A stretch of DNA of 64,000 nt from Alphaproteobacteria bacterium (GCA_025360345.1 JANYCJ010000137.1:768-64767), one strand, 5' to 3'. Positions 54,221 through 64,000 are shown, counted from the first letter of the stretch. The notes: generated by a model from the sequence alone, not told the origin. Numbers and translations: made by a program.

Positions 54221-55294
54221 ATGGCAGACGGCGAACAGGACCAGGAACAAAAAACAGAACAACCTACACAAAAGCGGCTTGATGAGGCGCTTAAAAAAGG
54301 CAACGTGCCGGTTTCCAAAGAGGTGGCGAATTTCTTCGTGCTTTCGGCGCTGGCCGCCATTGTGGCGTGGTGCACACCGAACATGCTGCGCCAGACCGGG
54401 CGATTACTGACCCCTCTTCTGGCCGATGCCGACAGCCTGCCGGTGGATGCGAACGGGATTGGGAAACTGCTGCTGCATATCGTGCTGGGGGGCATGGGCA
54501 TTGTGGCAGTGCCGATGCTGATGGGCATTGTGGCGGTGCTGGCGGCGAGCTTCCTGCAAAACGGTTTCGTGGTTTCTTCCGAACCGGTGATGCCGAAATT
54601 CTCGCGGTTGTCCCCGCTGGAAGGTATTAAGCGGATGTTTTCGATGCGCTCGGTGATTGAGCTGGTCAAGAGCCTAGCCAAGCTTGGCATCGTGGGATAT
54701 GTGGCGTTTTTAGCGGTGTACCCGGAGCTTACAAACATCAAGCGGCTGCCTAACAGCAATACCGAGGCGATGCTGATGTTCCTGCTGATGCTGGCCAGCC
54801 GCATGACGCTGGGCGTGGCCATCGCCATGTTCATCATCGCCATTCTGGACACGCTGTACCAGCGCTTCCAGTATTTCAAATCCCTGCGCATGACGCGGCA
54901 GGAAATCAAGGATGAATACAAACAGGCCGAAGGCGACCCGATGGTAAAGCAGCGCCTGAGGCGGTTGCGCATGGAGAGAGCCAAGAACCGGATGATGAGC
55001 AACGTGCCCAAGTCCGACGTGGTGATTACCAACCCGACCCATTTCGCGGTGGCGCTGCAATATGACTCGGCCAGTATGAAGGCACCAAAGGTGGTGGCCA
55101 AGGGGCAAGACCTGATCGCGCTTAAAATCCGTGAGCTGGCCAAGGCCAACGATGTGCCCATCGTGGAAAACCCGCCGCTGGCGCGGGCGCTGTTCGACGC
55201 GGCGGACATTGACGAGGAAATTCCCACCGCGCAATACGAGGCGGTGGCGAAGGTTATCTCTTATGTGTACCAGCTCAAGGGCAGGCGGCGTTAG
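54221..55294 (+). CDS. flhB: Flagellar export switch protein FlhB
   Basis: 357 aa. The N-terminus is EKTEQPTQKRLDEALKKGNVPVSKE. The autocleavage motif is VVITNPTHFAVAL. Confidence 0.95.
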   Translation: MADGEQDQEQKTEQPTQKRLDEALKKGNVPVSKEVANFFVLSALAAIVAWCTPNMLRQTGRLLTPLLADADSLPVDANGIGKLLLHIVLGGMGIVAVPMLMGIVAVLAASFLQNGFVVSSEPVMPKFSRLSPLEGIKRMFSMRSVIELVKSLAKLGIVGYVAFLAVYPELTNIKRLPNSNTEAMLMFLLMLASRMTLGVAIAMFIIAILDTLYQRFQYFKSLRMTRQEIKDEYKQAEGDPMVKQRLRRLRMERAKNRMMSNVPKSDVVITNPTHFAVALQYDSASMKAPKVVAKGQDLIALKIRELAKANDVPIVENPPLARALFDAADIDEEIPTAQYEAVAKVISYVYQLKGRRR

Positions 55295-55369
55295 GGGCCA
55301 AAAAAACTGTTGTTTATTTTCCCTAAATTCACCATGTTACGATAGCTTCCAGTCTATTTTCCGGTTCCC

Positions 55370-56395
55370 ATGGCTATTCGATACAGCGATTTCAGCAAAC
55401 GCAATGAAAAGACGGCGGATTTCGTCAGCCGCAAGTATAACCCCAGTCTTGTGAAGCTGGTGGCGCTGTTTTTCCTCGCGCTGGCCTGCGGCATCGTCAT
55501 CACCGGGTTTTTGCTGCCGCCATTCTATTTCGTGGTGATGCTCACCGTCGTCATGGGCGGGCTGGGAACCTATGTGATCGTGGAAATCCAGCGCACGCGC
55601 GACCTAGTGGTGGCCACCGAATACCAGAACGCCATGTTCGCCTCGGCGCTGGGCTATAACAGCCGCTTTACCATGATTATCAAGCGCGAAGGCACGATTA
55701 TTTACATGGATAACGGGCTGCAGAAATTATTTCCCGACCTGATGAAGGAGCGGCAGTTTTCCATGTCAAACCTGCTGAAAATGGCGAAGGTGGGAGCAAC
55801 AGAGCGCGAGAAAATTCTTGATGTTGTGCAGCGCGGCAACCCGGACAAGATGATGTTCGACATGCGTGCCGGGGACGGGCGCATCCACCCCATCGTGCTT
55901 TCGGTGCAGCCGATCATGCGGCCCAGCGGGTTTTTGCTGTTACGCGGGCGTGACTATGTAGAAGACCGCAACGGCGCGCCGATTCCGAAGACGTCGCAGG
56001 CGCCCATGACCAACCCGCTACTGTCTAAATCCAGCATCGCCATGTTCGCGCACATCATGGACCGCATGGGCATGGGGCTGTATATGATCGATATGGGCGG
56101 CAATATCCTTTATGTGAACCCGGTGCTGGAGCAGTGGCTTTCCTTCGGGCAGGGCGAAATTACCAGCGGCAAATTCACCATGCGCGACGTGGTGCACGGG
56201 GTGAGCGTGGAAGACGCGCTGAACCCCGGCGATTTTGAAGGCGAGAATTCGTTGCTAAAAAAGGAAGGCGGGCTTATCAAGGCTTACATCAACCAGAAGA
56301 TCATTTATGGTGACAACAATAAGCCGCTCGGCTGTGTGGCGCTGATTACCAATATGATCGAGACGGATTCAGAATCTAAAAAGAAATTATGGTAG
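55370..56395 (+). CDS. Membrane-anchored PAS-like sensory protein; possible N-terminal part of a split CckA-like kinase
   Basis: 341 aa. Two N-terminal helices are present (LVALFFLALACGIVITGFLL and FYFVVMLTVVMGGLGTYVIV), followed by two PAS-like segments. Its TAG is followed 1 nt later by the ATG of the kinase ORF. Confidence 0.7.
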   Translation: MAIRYSDFSKRNEKTADFVSRKYNPSLVKLVALFFLALACGIVITGFLLPPFYFVVMLTVVMGGLGTYVIVEIQRTRDLVVATEYQNAMFASALGYNSRFTMIIKREGTIIYMDNGLQKLFPDLMKERQFSMSNLLKMAKVGATEREKILDVVQRGNPDKMMFDMRAGDGRIHPIVLSVQPIMRPSGFLLLRGRDYVEDRNGAPIPKTSQAPMTNPLLSKSSIAMFAHIMDRMGMGLYMIDMGGNILYVNPVLEQWLSFGQGEITSGKFTMRDVVHGVSVEDALNPGDFEGENSLLKKEGGLIKAYINQKIIYGDNNKPLGCVALITNMIETDSESKKKLW

Positions 56396-56396
56396 C

Positions 56397-57980
56397 ATGA
56401 ACGCACATTCCCCCGACCCCGCCTCCCAGCTGACGCTGGCCAGTTTTATCGAAAATTCGCCCATCGCCATTGTGGGGCTAGATACGGACGGCACCATCGT
56501 GCAGGGCAACCGCGCCTTCCACTCGCTGACACAGCACACGCTGGCCTCCAAGCTTCCGATGCCGTTCAACGACCTGCTTACGCCAGCGAAGAAAAGCGAG
56601 GCCGAAGCGCTGCTGAAGCGGGCGCAGGCCGGGGATATCCCCTCTGAAGCCCAGCACCTGGAACTGACGCTTCCTAACGGGGTGGAGCTGATCGTTTCAG
56701 CCCTGCTCAGCCCATTTAATTCGCAAGCCGCGGGCGGGCCGCTGATTATCCACCTGATTGACATCACCGAGCAGAAAAACCTTGAGCTACGGTTTGCACA
56801 TTCACAAAAAATGCAGGCTGTGGGCCAGCTTGCGGGCGGTGTGGCGCATGATTTCAATAACCTGCTCACCGCCATGATCGGGTTTTGCGACCTGCTGCTA
56901 ATGCGCCACCCGGCGGGCGACCAGTCGTTTGCCGATATCATGCAGATCAAGCAAAACGCCAACCGGGCGGCTAACTTAGTGCGGCAGTTGCTGGCTTTCT
57001 CACGCCGGCAGACGTTGCAGCCGAAGGTGCTGGACCTGACGGACGTGCTGGCCGAGCTTTCAAACCTGATCCGCCGCCTGATCGGGGAAAATATTGAGCT
57101 GAAGATGGTGCATGGGCGCGAGATCGGCCATGTGCGCGCCGACCAGGGGCAGCTGGAGCAGGTGCTAATCAACCTCGCCGTGAACGCGCGCGACGCGATG
57201 ACGGGGGGCGGTTCGCTTTCCATCCGCACCAGCAAGACGCTGATTGACCGGGCGCACCCCCTGCCCCGCGACCTGATGGCGCCGGCGGAGGAAGATTCCA
57301 CGATTCCCAACGGCGAGTATGTGCTGGTGGAAGTGGTGGATTCGGGCTGTGGGATTCCCAAGAATATCCTGCCAAAGATTTTTGAGCCGTTTTTCTCCAC
57401 CAAGGCGGTGGGCAGCGGCACGGGGCTTGGGCTTTCCACCGTATATGGCATCATCAAGCAGTCCGGCGGATATGTGTATGTAGCCAGCAAGGAAAACGAG
57501 GGCACGAATTTCAGCTTGTTCTTCCCCAGCGTAGGCCAGCAGGAAGCAGCCACGGCGGTGGCGGCGGAAGCAGCGGAAAAGACGGAGAGCCATATTTCGG
57601 GCGATTTGACCGGCAAAGGGACGATTTTGCTGGTGGAAGACGAAACGCCGGTGCGGATTTTTGCCGCGCGGGCATTGCGCAACAAAGGCTACACTATCCT
57701 TGAAGCCGATTGCGGGGAGACCGGGATTGAGCTGATGGAAAAGCACGGGCAGGAAGTGGAAGTGATCGTGACGGATGTCATCATGCCGGGCATGAACGGG
57801 CCGACGATGATTGACAAAATCACGCCGCAATACCCCAATGTGAAGGTGATTTTCATCTCGGGCTATGCGGAAGATATTTTCGTGAATAACTATGGCACCG
57901 AGCGCAGTTTCAATTTCCTTGCCAAGCCGTTTACGCTCAAGCAGCTAGCCAGCAAAATTAAAGAAGTGCTGGGCAAATAG
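56397..57980 (+). CDS. Soluble PAS-HisKA-HATPase-REC hybrid kinase, CckA-like
   Basis: 527 aa. H-box: VGQLAGGVAHDFNNLLTAMIGF. N/G boxes: NLAVNARDAM, DSGCGI and GTGLGLSTV. REC: ILLVEDETPVR…TDVIMPGMNG…AKP. There is no membrane segment of its own. Confidence 0.85.
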   Translation: MNAHSPDPASQLTLASFIENSPIAIVGLDTDGTIVQGNRAFHSLTQHTLASKLPMPFNDLLTPAKKSEAEALLKRAQAGDIPSEAQHLELTLPNGVELIVSALLSPFNSQAAGGPLIIHLIDITEQKNLELRFAHSQKMQAVGQLAGGVAHDFNNLLTAMIGFCDLLLMRHPAGDQSFADIMQIKQNANRAANLVRQLLAFSRRQTLQPKVLDLTDVLAELSNLIRRLIGENIELKMVHGREIGHVRADQGQLEQVLINLAVNARDAMTGGGSLSIRTSKTLIDRAHPLPRDLMAPAEEDSTIPNGEYVLVEVVDSGCGIPKNILPKIFEPFFSTKAVGSGTGLGLSTVYGIIKQSGGYVYVASKENEGTNFSLFFPSVGQQEAATAVAAEAAEKTESHISGDLTGKGTILLVEDETPVRIFAARALRNKGYTILEADCGETGIELMEKHGQEVEVIVTDVIMPGMNGPTMIDKITPQYPNVKVIFISGYAEDIFVNNYGTERSFNFLAKPFTLKQLASKIKEVLGK

Positions 57981-57998
57981 CCGCGGGGCGGCTTTTTT
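57980..57998 (+). terminator. Rho-independent terminator after the kinase gene
   Basis: GCCGC-GGG-GCGGC followed by TTTTTT. The stem begins in the stop codon. Confidence 0.7.
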
Positions 57999-58010
57999 AA
58001 AGGATAGCAT

Positions 58011-58649
58011 GTGGATTGGTTTGCGCCGGTGGATTTGTATTGCGAGCGGCTGGGTCCGGCATTCTGGGCAGAGCCGGTCAATGCGCTGAGCAATATTGCC
58101 TTCCTGATTGCTTCGGGAATCTTATTTGGTCAAAGCCGCGCGCGGCCAGCGGATGGCGAGGTGCGTGCATTGAGCGCGCTGGTGGGCGTGGTGGGCATCG
58201 GTAGCTTCCTGTTCCACAGTTTTGCAAACCCGCTTGCGGAATTAGCGGATGTACTGCCCATCGCGCTCTTCGTGCTCACTTATATATGGGTGTCGTTTCG
58301 CCGTTTCCTCGGCTGGGGCACGGGCAAGACGCTACTTGCGATGGGGGTTTTCCTTGGGCTTGGGCCCGTGATGGCGCGGCTGCCCGAAGGGTGGCAGATG
58401 AACGGTTCGGTTTCCTACCTGCCCTGCCTGGGAATGCTGCTATTCCAATGGACGCAGATACGGCGCGCCCAGCCGCTGGCTGCGCGGCGGGTGTTAGTGG
58501 CAGCACTGACTTTTGTTTTGTCGCTTACTTTGCGCAGCCTCGATATGCAGCTCTGCTCACTGTTTCCCCTAGGCACGCATTTCCTGTGGCATTGTTTCAA
58601 CGGGCTGGTGCTGTATCTGCTGGTGCTGGCAGTGATGCGCAAGGATTAA
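58011..58649 (+). CDS. Ceramidase-family (alkaline ceramidase-like) membrane protein
   Basis: 212 aa with a GTG start. The N-terminus DLYCERLGPAFWAEPVNALSNIAFLIA and seven hydrophobic helices with conserved His residues (FHSF, HFLWH) match the bacterial ceramidase-domain pattern as I recall it. Confidence 0.6.
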   Translation: MDWFAPVDLYCERLGPAFWAEPVNALSNIAFLIASGILFGQSRARPADGEVRALSALVGVVGIGSFLFHSFANPLAELADVLPIALFVLTYIWVSFRRFLGWGTGKTLLAMGVFLGLGPVMARLPEGWQMNGSVSYLPCLGMLLFQWTQIRRAQPLAARRVLVAALTFVLSLTLRSLDMQLCSLFPLGTHFLWHCFNGLVLYLLVLAVMRKD

Positions 58650-58724
58650 TAAATAATTGCACGCCGCATAATTCGGTGTAGAGTGCTGGTAATGATTTCT
58701 TTACTTTAATGACAGGGAATAGAC

Positions 58725-59762
<1,038 letters not shown>

Positions 59763-59777
59763 CAGCGGAAAAGGATT

Positions 59778-60221
59778 ATGGGTAAAATTCTTAAGCCTGA
59801 AGACCTTGAGCGGTTCAAAAAAGACGTGGACGGGCCTTCAAATGAAGCGGCGCGGCGCGTTGCAAGGGAAAAGCTCGATGAGCGCTTTCCTTTACGCGAA
59901 GGACAGGCGGAAGCTGTTTTACCTAATGGAACGCGGGCACGGATGCGCCCACATGCCACTGATCCTTATGATATTGATGTTGATGCGACGAAAAAAGGCG
60001 GCGACCCGGTGGATATGCGCAAGGCTACCGGCAGGAAACCCAATGATGACGGCAGCGTGCGGATTGACCCGCGCCATGTGATCGACACGCTGGGCGAACT
60101 GGGCGGGGTGGATCTGAATCCGCCCCTGCCCGCTCCCGGCTCGGGAAGGGGAAGTGGTGGCACGCCCATTTTTTCGGAGCGGACGGACATCCTTCGCGGC
60201 GGTGGCAAGCACATCACCTGA
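59778..60221 (+). CDS. Hypothetical basic/Gly-Pro-rich protein downstream of recA
   Basis: 147-aa ORF starting 16 nt after the recA stop. No family was recognised, and it is not RecX-like by eye. Confidence 0.45.
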   Translation: MGKILKPEDLERFKKDVDGPSNEAARRVAREKLDERFPLREGQAEAVLPNGTRARMRPHATDPYDIDVDATKKGGDPVDMRKATGRKPNDDGSVRIDPRHVIDTLGELGGVDLNPPLPAPGSGRGSGGTPIFSERTDILRGGGKHIT

Positions 60222-60250
60222 TACCAAACATTTACGTGAAAGCAGCGGGA

Positions 60251-60544
60251 ATGCAATTTTTGATTTTGGCTTATGACGCGAAAGACGCGGGTGCGCCTGC
60301 CCGGCGGCTGGAGGCGCGGGAGGCGCATCTGGCGCTGATTGCGAAATATAAGGCCAGCGGGAATATGAAAATCGGGGCAGCCATACTGGATGAGGCGGGG
60401 AATATGGCAGGTTCTTGCATTATTGCGGATTTCCCCTCACGCGCGGCGCTGGACGCGTGGCTGGCGGAGGAGCCGTATATTTTGCAGAAAGTCTGGGGGG
60501 ATGTGACAATCCAGGGGTGCAAAATCGCCCCTTCTTTCACCTAG
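60251..60544 (+). CDS. YciI-family protein
   Basis: MQFLILAYDAKD…REAHLALIAKYKASGNMKIGAAILDE…FPSRAALDAWLAEEPY… matches the YciI-like pattern. Confidence 0.75.
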   Translation: MQFLILAYDAKDAGAPARRLEAREAHLALIAKYKASGNMKIGAAILDEAGNMAGSCIIADFPSRAALDAWLAEEPYILQKVWGDVTIQGCKIAPSFT

Positions 60545-60649
60545 TTAAAGCATTTATTGCGAGCGCCTGAAATTTGCGATACAAGCGTATGTCGCTTTGC
60601 TTTAGCGATTTGATTATCTTACATTATCACCTCCACCGGGAGAATTTTC

Positions 60650-60943
60650 ATGAAAAAACTGCTTGTAACTGCATCCATCATTTTGTTCAGCGCCAGCGCC
60701 GCCATGGCAGCCCCCCACAGCTACCAGGTCACCGGGCAGGTTCTGGATATCAGCGATAAATCTGTCATCATTTCCAAAGGCAAGGAAAACTGGGAAATCA
60801 TGCGCAACGCCGAGAGCAAAATCCCCACTTCGGTGAAGGTTGGCTCCAAGGTGACGATTGAATACACCATGACGGCGCTGGAAGTGACGGACAAGACCCC
60901 CAAATCCGCCGACACCCCGACCCCGCCCAAGAAAAAGAAATAA
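60650..60943 (+). CDS. Small secreted protein of unknown function
   Basis: 97 aa. The signal peptide is MKKLLVTASIILFSASAAMA. A GGAG sits upstream of the ATG. The C-terminus is Pro/Lys-rich. Confidence 0.6.
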   Translation: MKKLLVTASIILFSASAAMAAPHSYQVTGQVLDISDKSVIISKGKENWEIMRNAESKIPTSVKVGSKVTIEYTMTALEVTDKTPKSADTPTPPKKKK

Positions 60944-60973
60944 TTGCGGCAACCCGCACCAAAAACGCATGAA

Positions 60974-61003
60974 GCCGGGGCCTGATGCCCCGGTTTCTTG
61001 TTA
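60974..61003 (+). terminator. Rho-independent terminator upstream of alaS
   Basis: CCGGGGC-CTGAT-GCCCCGG followed by TTTCTTGTTATTT. Confidence 0.7.
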
Positions 61004-61027
61004 TTTCCAGTACCCAACAGGCATAGC

Positions 61028-63853
61028 ATGACAAAGACCAGCGTAAACGACGTCCGAACCGGTTTCCTCGATTTCTTCAAGGCCAACGGCCATGAAGTGC
61101 AGCCCAGCTCCTCGCTGGTGCCGCATAACGACCCGACCCTGATGTTTTCAAATGCCGGGATGAACCAGTTTAAAAACGTGTTTACGGGCGCGGAGAAACT
61201 GCCCTTTTCCCGGGCAGCCACCAGCCAGAAATGCGTGCGCGCGGGCGGCAAACATAACGACCTTGACAATGTGGGCTACACGGCGCGTCACCACACGTTT
61301 TTTGAAATGCTGGGAAATTTTTCCTTCGGGGATTATTTCAAGGAAACAGCCATTGAGCTGGCGTGGAAGCTGCTGACCCAAGATTACGGGCTGGATAAGA
61401 GCAAGCTCAGCTTCACGGTGTACCACACCGATGACGAAGCGTTTACCTTATGGAAGAAGATTACGGGCTGCGACGACAGCCGTATTTTGCGCATTCCCAC
61501 CAAGGATAATTTCTGGGCGATGGGCGATACGGGGCCGTGCGGGCCGTGCTCGGAGATTTTCTACGACCACGGGGCACAGGCCGGCAACGGTGAATGGGCG
61601 CTCAATGCCGATGGCTCCGACCGCTTCGACGCGCGGTTCGTAGAAATCTGGAACTTAGTATTCATGCAGTATGAGCAGGTAGACGCGGCTACGCGGATTG
61701 ACTTGCCGAAACCTTCGATTGATACCGGCATGGGGCTAGAGCGGATTTCGGCGGTGATGCAGGGCGTGCACGACAATTACGATATTGATTTGTTCCGCCA
61801 TATTATCACCGCGATCAAAGATGAGGCGGCGAAACTCGGGGCCGGGGTTTCCAAAGACCCCGCGCCGTATAAGGTGCTGGCAGACCATTTGCGCTCCAGC
61901 TGTTTCCTGATTGCCGATGGGGTGATGCCTTCCAACGAAGGGCGCGGTTATGTGCTGCGCCGGATTATGCGCAGGGCGATGCGCTATGCACACCAACTGG
62001 GCTGCAAAGACCCGCTGATGTTCCGGCTTGTGCCTGCGCTGGTGGCGGAAATGGGCGGGCAGTATCCGGAGCTCAAGCGCGCGGAGGCTGCGATTGCCGA
62101 TAACCTGAAGCAGGAAGAAGAGCGCTTCAAGCAGACGCTGGAACGCGGCCTGAAGCTGCTGGACGAGGAAACCTCCAAGCTTAATCTTGAGAAACGAGGC
62201 ATCAAAGCATTTTACGGAAAAGAGGAAAAAATGTCTCTTTTCCCCGGTGATGTTGCCTTTAAGCTTTATGACACCTATGGGTTTCCGCTGGACCTGACGC
62301 AGGATATTTTGCGGCAGCGCGGCATGGAGGTGGACACCGAAGGGTTTGAAAAAAGCATGGAGGGGCAGCGCGACATGGCGCGGGCCGCGCATAAAGGTTC
62401 GGGCGATGTGGCGACAGACCGCATCTGGTTCGATTTAAAGGAAAAAATCGGCGCGACGCCTTTCCTTGGCTATGACAAGGACGAGGCGGATGCTGAAGTG
62501 CTTTCGATTGTGAAGGACAATGCGCTGGTGGAAAGCGCCTCCGCGGGTGACGAAGCATTCGTGGTGCTTTCGCACACGCCGTTTTACGGCGAGTCTGGCG
62601 GGCAGGTTGGCGATATGGGCCAGCTGCTGGTGGGCGGAACGCCTGTGGCGGTAGTGGTGGATACGCAAAAACCGCTTGAGGGGTTCCACGTGCATAAGGT
62701 GAAGCTTTCCGCGGCGCTTAAGCGCGGGGACAAGGTGCACGGCGCCATTGACGTGGCGAACCGCGGGAAAATCCGCGCCAACCATTCGGCGACGCATTTG
62801 CTGCACAAGGCTTTGCGCGACACGCTGGGAGAGCATGTGACGCAGAAGGGTTCGCAGGTTGCGCCGGACCGCTTACGGTTCGACTTCAGCCATTCGAAGC
62901 CGGTTTCCAAGGAAGATATCGCGGCGATTGAGCGGAAGGTGAACAAGGTGATCTGGAAAAAGACGCCGGTGAGCACCAAGGAAATGACGCCGGACGAGGC
63001 CATTGCCGCAGGCGCCATGGCGCTATTCGGAGAAAAATACGGCGATTCGGTGCGGGTGCTTTCCATGGGCGACGATGAGGGCAAGCATTACTCTATCGAG
63101 CTTTGCGGCGGTACGCATGTGCACAATACGGGCGATATTGCGCTATTCAAGGTGACATCCGAAGGCTCGGTTGCCTCCGGCATCCGCCGCATTGAGGCGG
63201 TGACGGGTGAAGCGGTGCGCGGGTTTATGGCAGAGGAAGCCAGCAAACTGCGCGAGCAGGTAGAGAAGCTGCACGGCGACCAGTTGCAGCTTGTGGCTTC
63301 GCTGAAGGCAGCGGGCGGCAAAGCCGCAGACACCCCTGCCCTGACCGCTTTTTCCACCCGCGAACTAGGCTCAGCTCCGGCGGAGCAACTTCTGGATTTG
63401 TTCGACGCCATGGTGGCGCGGCAGAAAGATGCGGCCGCCACGCTGGTGGAAGAAAACAAGAAACTCACCAAGCAACTGGCTGAGGCGCGCAAAAGCCAGG
63501 CCATGTCTGCGGCTGGCGAGGCTGTAGCCAAGGAGATGGTGGGCAATGTCGGATTTATCGGAAAGGCCTTTGAAGGGCTGGACCCCAAAGAATTGCGCGG
63601 CATGGCTGAGGGATACCTGAAGCAGGCCGACGTGGTTGCGGTTGGCACTTCGGTGGAAGGGAAAGCCTCCGTGGTGGTGGCGGTGAGCAAGGCGCTGGCT
63701 GACAAAATCTCTGCCGTCACGCTGATCCAGGCGGCGGTAAGCGAGCTGGGCGGCAAGGGCGGTGGCGGAAGGCCGGACATGGCGCAAGGCGGCGGCCCGG
63801 ATGCCGACAAGCTGGACGCGGCGCTGGCCAAGGTTAAATCGCTGCTTTCCTAG
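61028..63853 (+). CDS. alaS: Alanine--tRNA ligase
   Basis: The start is set at MTKTSVNDVRTGFLDFFKANGHE, after the terminator. Motifs: FTNAGMNQFK-like (FSNAGMNQFKNVF), RAGGKHNDLDNVG, the editing-domain HSATHLLH and the C-terminal GGKGGGRPDMAQGGG. Confidence 0.97.
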   Translation: MTKTSVNDVRTGFLDFFKANGHEVQPSSSLVPHNDPTLMFSNAGMNQFKNVFTGAEKLPFSRAATSQKCVRAGGKHNDLDNVGYTARHHTFFEMLGNFSFGDYFKETAIELAWKLLTQDYGLDKSKLSFTVYHTDDEAFTLWKKITGCDDSRILRIPTKDNFWAMGDTGPCGPCSEIFYDHGAQAGNGEWALNADGSDRFDARFVEIWNLVFMQYEQVDAATRIDLPKPSIDTGMGLERISAVMQGVHDNYDIDLFRHIITAIKDEAAKLGAGVSKDPAPYKVLADHLRSSCFLIADGVMPSNEGRGYVLRRIMRRAMRYAHQLGCKDPLMFRLVPALVAEMGGQYPELKRAEAAIADNLKQEEERFKQTLERGLKLLDEETSKLNLEKRGIKAFYGKEEKMSLFPGDVAFKLYDTYGFPLDLTQDILRQRGMEVDTEGFEKSMEGQRDMARAAHKGSGDVATDRIWFDLKEKIGATPFLGYDKDEADAEVLSIVKDNALVESASAGDEAFVVLSHTPFYGESGGQVGDMGQLLVGGTPVAVVVDTQKPLEGFHVHKVKLSAALKRGDKVHGAIDVANRGKIRANHSATHLLHKALRDTLGEHVTQKGSQVAPDRLRFDFSHSKPVSKEDIAAIERKVNKVIWKKTPVSTKEMTPDEAIAAGAMALFGEKYGDSVRVLSMGDDEGKHYSIELCGGTHVHNTGDIALFKVTSEGSVASGIRRIEAVTGEAVRGFMAEEASKLREQVEKLHGDQLQLVASLKAAGGKAADTPALTAFSTRELGSAPAEQLLDLFDAMVARQKDAAATLVEENKKLTKQLAEARKSQAMSAAGEAVAKEMVGNVGFIGKAFEGLDPKELRGMAEGYLKQADVVAVGTSVEGKASVVVAVSKALADKISAVTLIQAAVSELGGKGGGGRPDMAQGGGPDADKLDAALAKVKSLLS

Positions 63854-64000
63854 CGGCGCTTTGCTGACTTACTTTCCAATCTTCCTTGCGGGCGGCGGCG
63901 ATGCCCAGTTTCGTAGCTTCGTTGATTGCTTCGGCAAGGTGGCGCACGGCGGGGAGTTCCGGCTCATGAAGCGGGCTGTGTGAGGCCATGGGTTCGGCCT

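Noticed and set aside
54172-55227. 351-aa minus-strand ORF
   Set aside because: Antisense to flhB, whose NPTH motif and N-terminus are unambiguous. The ORF is Ser/Ala/Met-rich and low in complexity.
56375-56386. dnaX-like slippery sequence (T AAA AAG) as a programmed -1 frameshift site joining the two kinase ORFs
   Set aside because: Joining ORF1 to ORF2 needs a +1 (or -2) shift, not -1. The heptamer is also imperfect (the first base is T). A +1 slip on AAA-A is chemically possible, but there is no slow or stop codon in the 0 frame to drive it. An indel or a true split is more likely.
56387-57685. 432-aa minus-strand ORF
   Set aside because: Antisense to the CckA-like kinase, which has complete H, N and G boxes and a REC domain. 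The ORF has a Ser/Ala/Cys-rich shadow-frame composition.
63837-64000. Minus-strand ORF at the right edge (MASHSPLHEPELPAVRHLAEAINEATKLGIAAARKEDWKV…, or a longer gene entering from beyond 64000)
   Set aside because: Only about 50 codons are visible, no family was recognised and the ORF overlaps the alaS 3' end by about 17 nt. The evidence is insufficient to call it. It may be the C-terminus of a gene that starts outside the window.

Overview
The window reads as a chromosomal segment from an alphaproteobacterium-like genome. Supporting this are recA followed by alaS, alpha-type flagellar export and rod genes, a CckA-like kinase, GC-rich coding sequence and AT-rich spacers. I found no rRNA, tRNA, CRISPR array, transposase, integrase or phage gene.

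From left to right:
1. A giant ORF (more than 1100 aa) that is missing from the ORF track because it runs off the left edge. It combines a glutamine-synthetase-like ligase domain, W-x-R-D/N repeats and a GNAT domain.
2. A divergent glycan-decoration locus at 3.6-14 kb. It has a TPR-sulfotransferase, two paralogous oxygenase-like genes flanking a FemAB-like gene, a beta-propeller, an LbH acyltransferase, an FdtA-like isomerase, a DegT aminotransferase, an ArnC-like GT2 and a GT-C transferase.
3. A candidate periplasmic methionine-sulfoxide repair cluster: cytochrome b, a molybdoenzyme, DUF1223 and an exported MsrA.
4. A very dense signalling block. It holds a hybrid kinase; a CHASE3-GAF triple-REC kinase followed by cheR, a REC-less cheB and a REC-HK-REC kinase; and a bphO-bphP-RR-giant hybrid kinase operon.
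5. Small sulfur-related units: Rrf2 with an unlisted YezD-like gene, and an OprP-like porin with an orphan Sbp.
6. An orphan VirB2/TrbC-like pilin gene.
7. ogt coupled to two membrane proteins.
8. Housekeeping genes: LMW-PTP, nnr and acyP.
9. A divergent flagellar locus, csrA-flhB'-orf-fliO-fliP opposite flgB-flgC-fliE-fliQ-fliR-flhB. It is followed by a CckA-like kinase split into two ORFs.
10. recA, three small genes, then alaS.

The candidates I rate most worth follow-up are the giant ligase/GNAT fusion, the cheR/cheB-coupled kinase module with a heptad SEEL coiled coil, the non-canonical part of the glycan locus, the split CckA-like kinase and the fliW-less flagellar csrA. All family assignments come from motif reading by eye. 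No searches were run.
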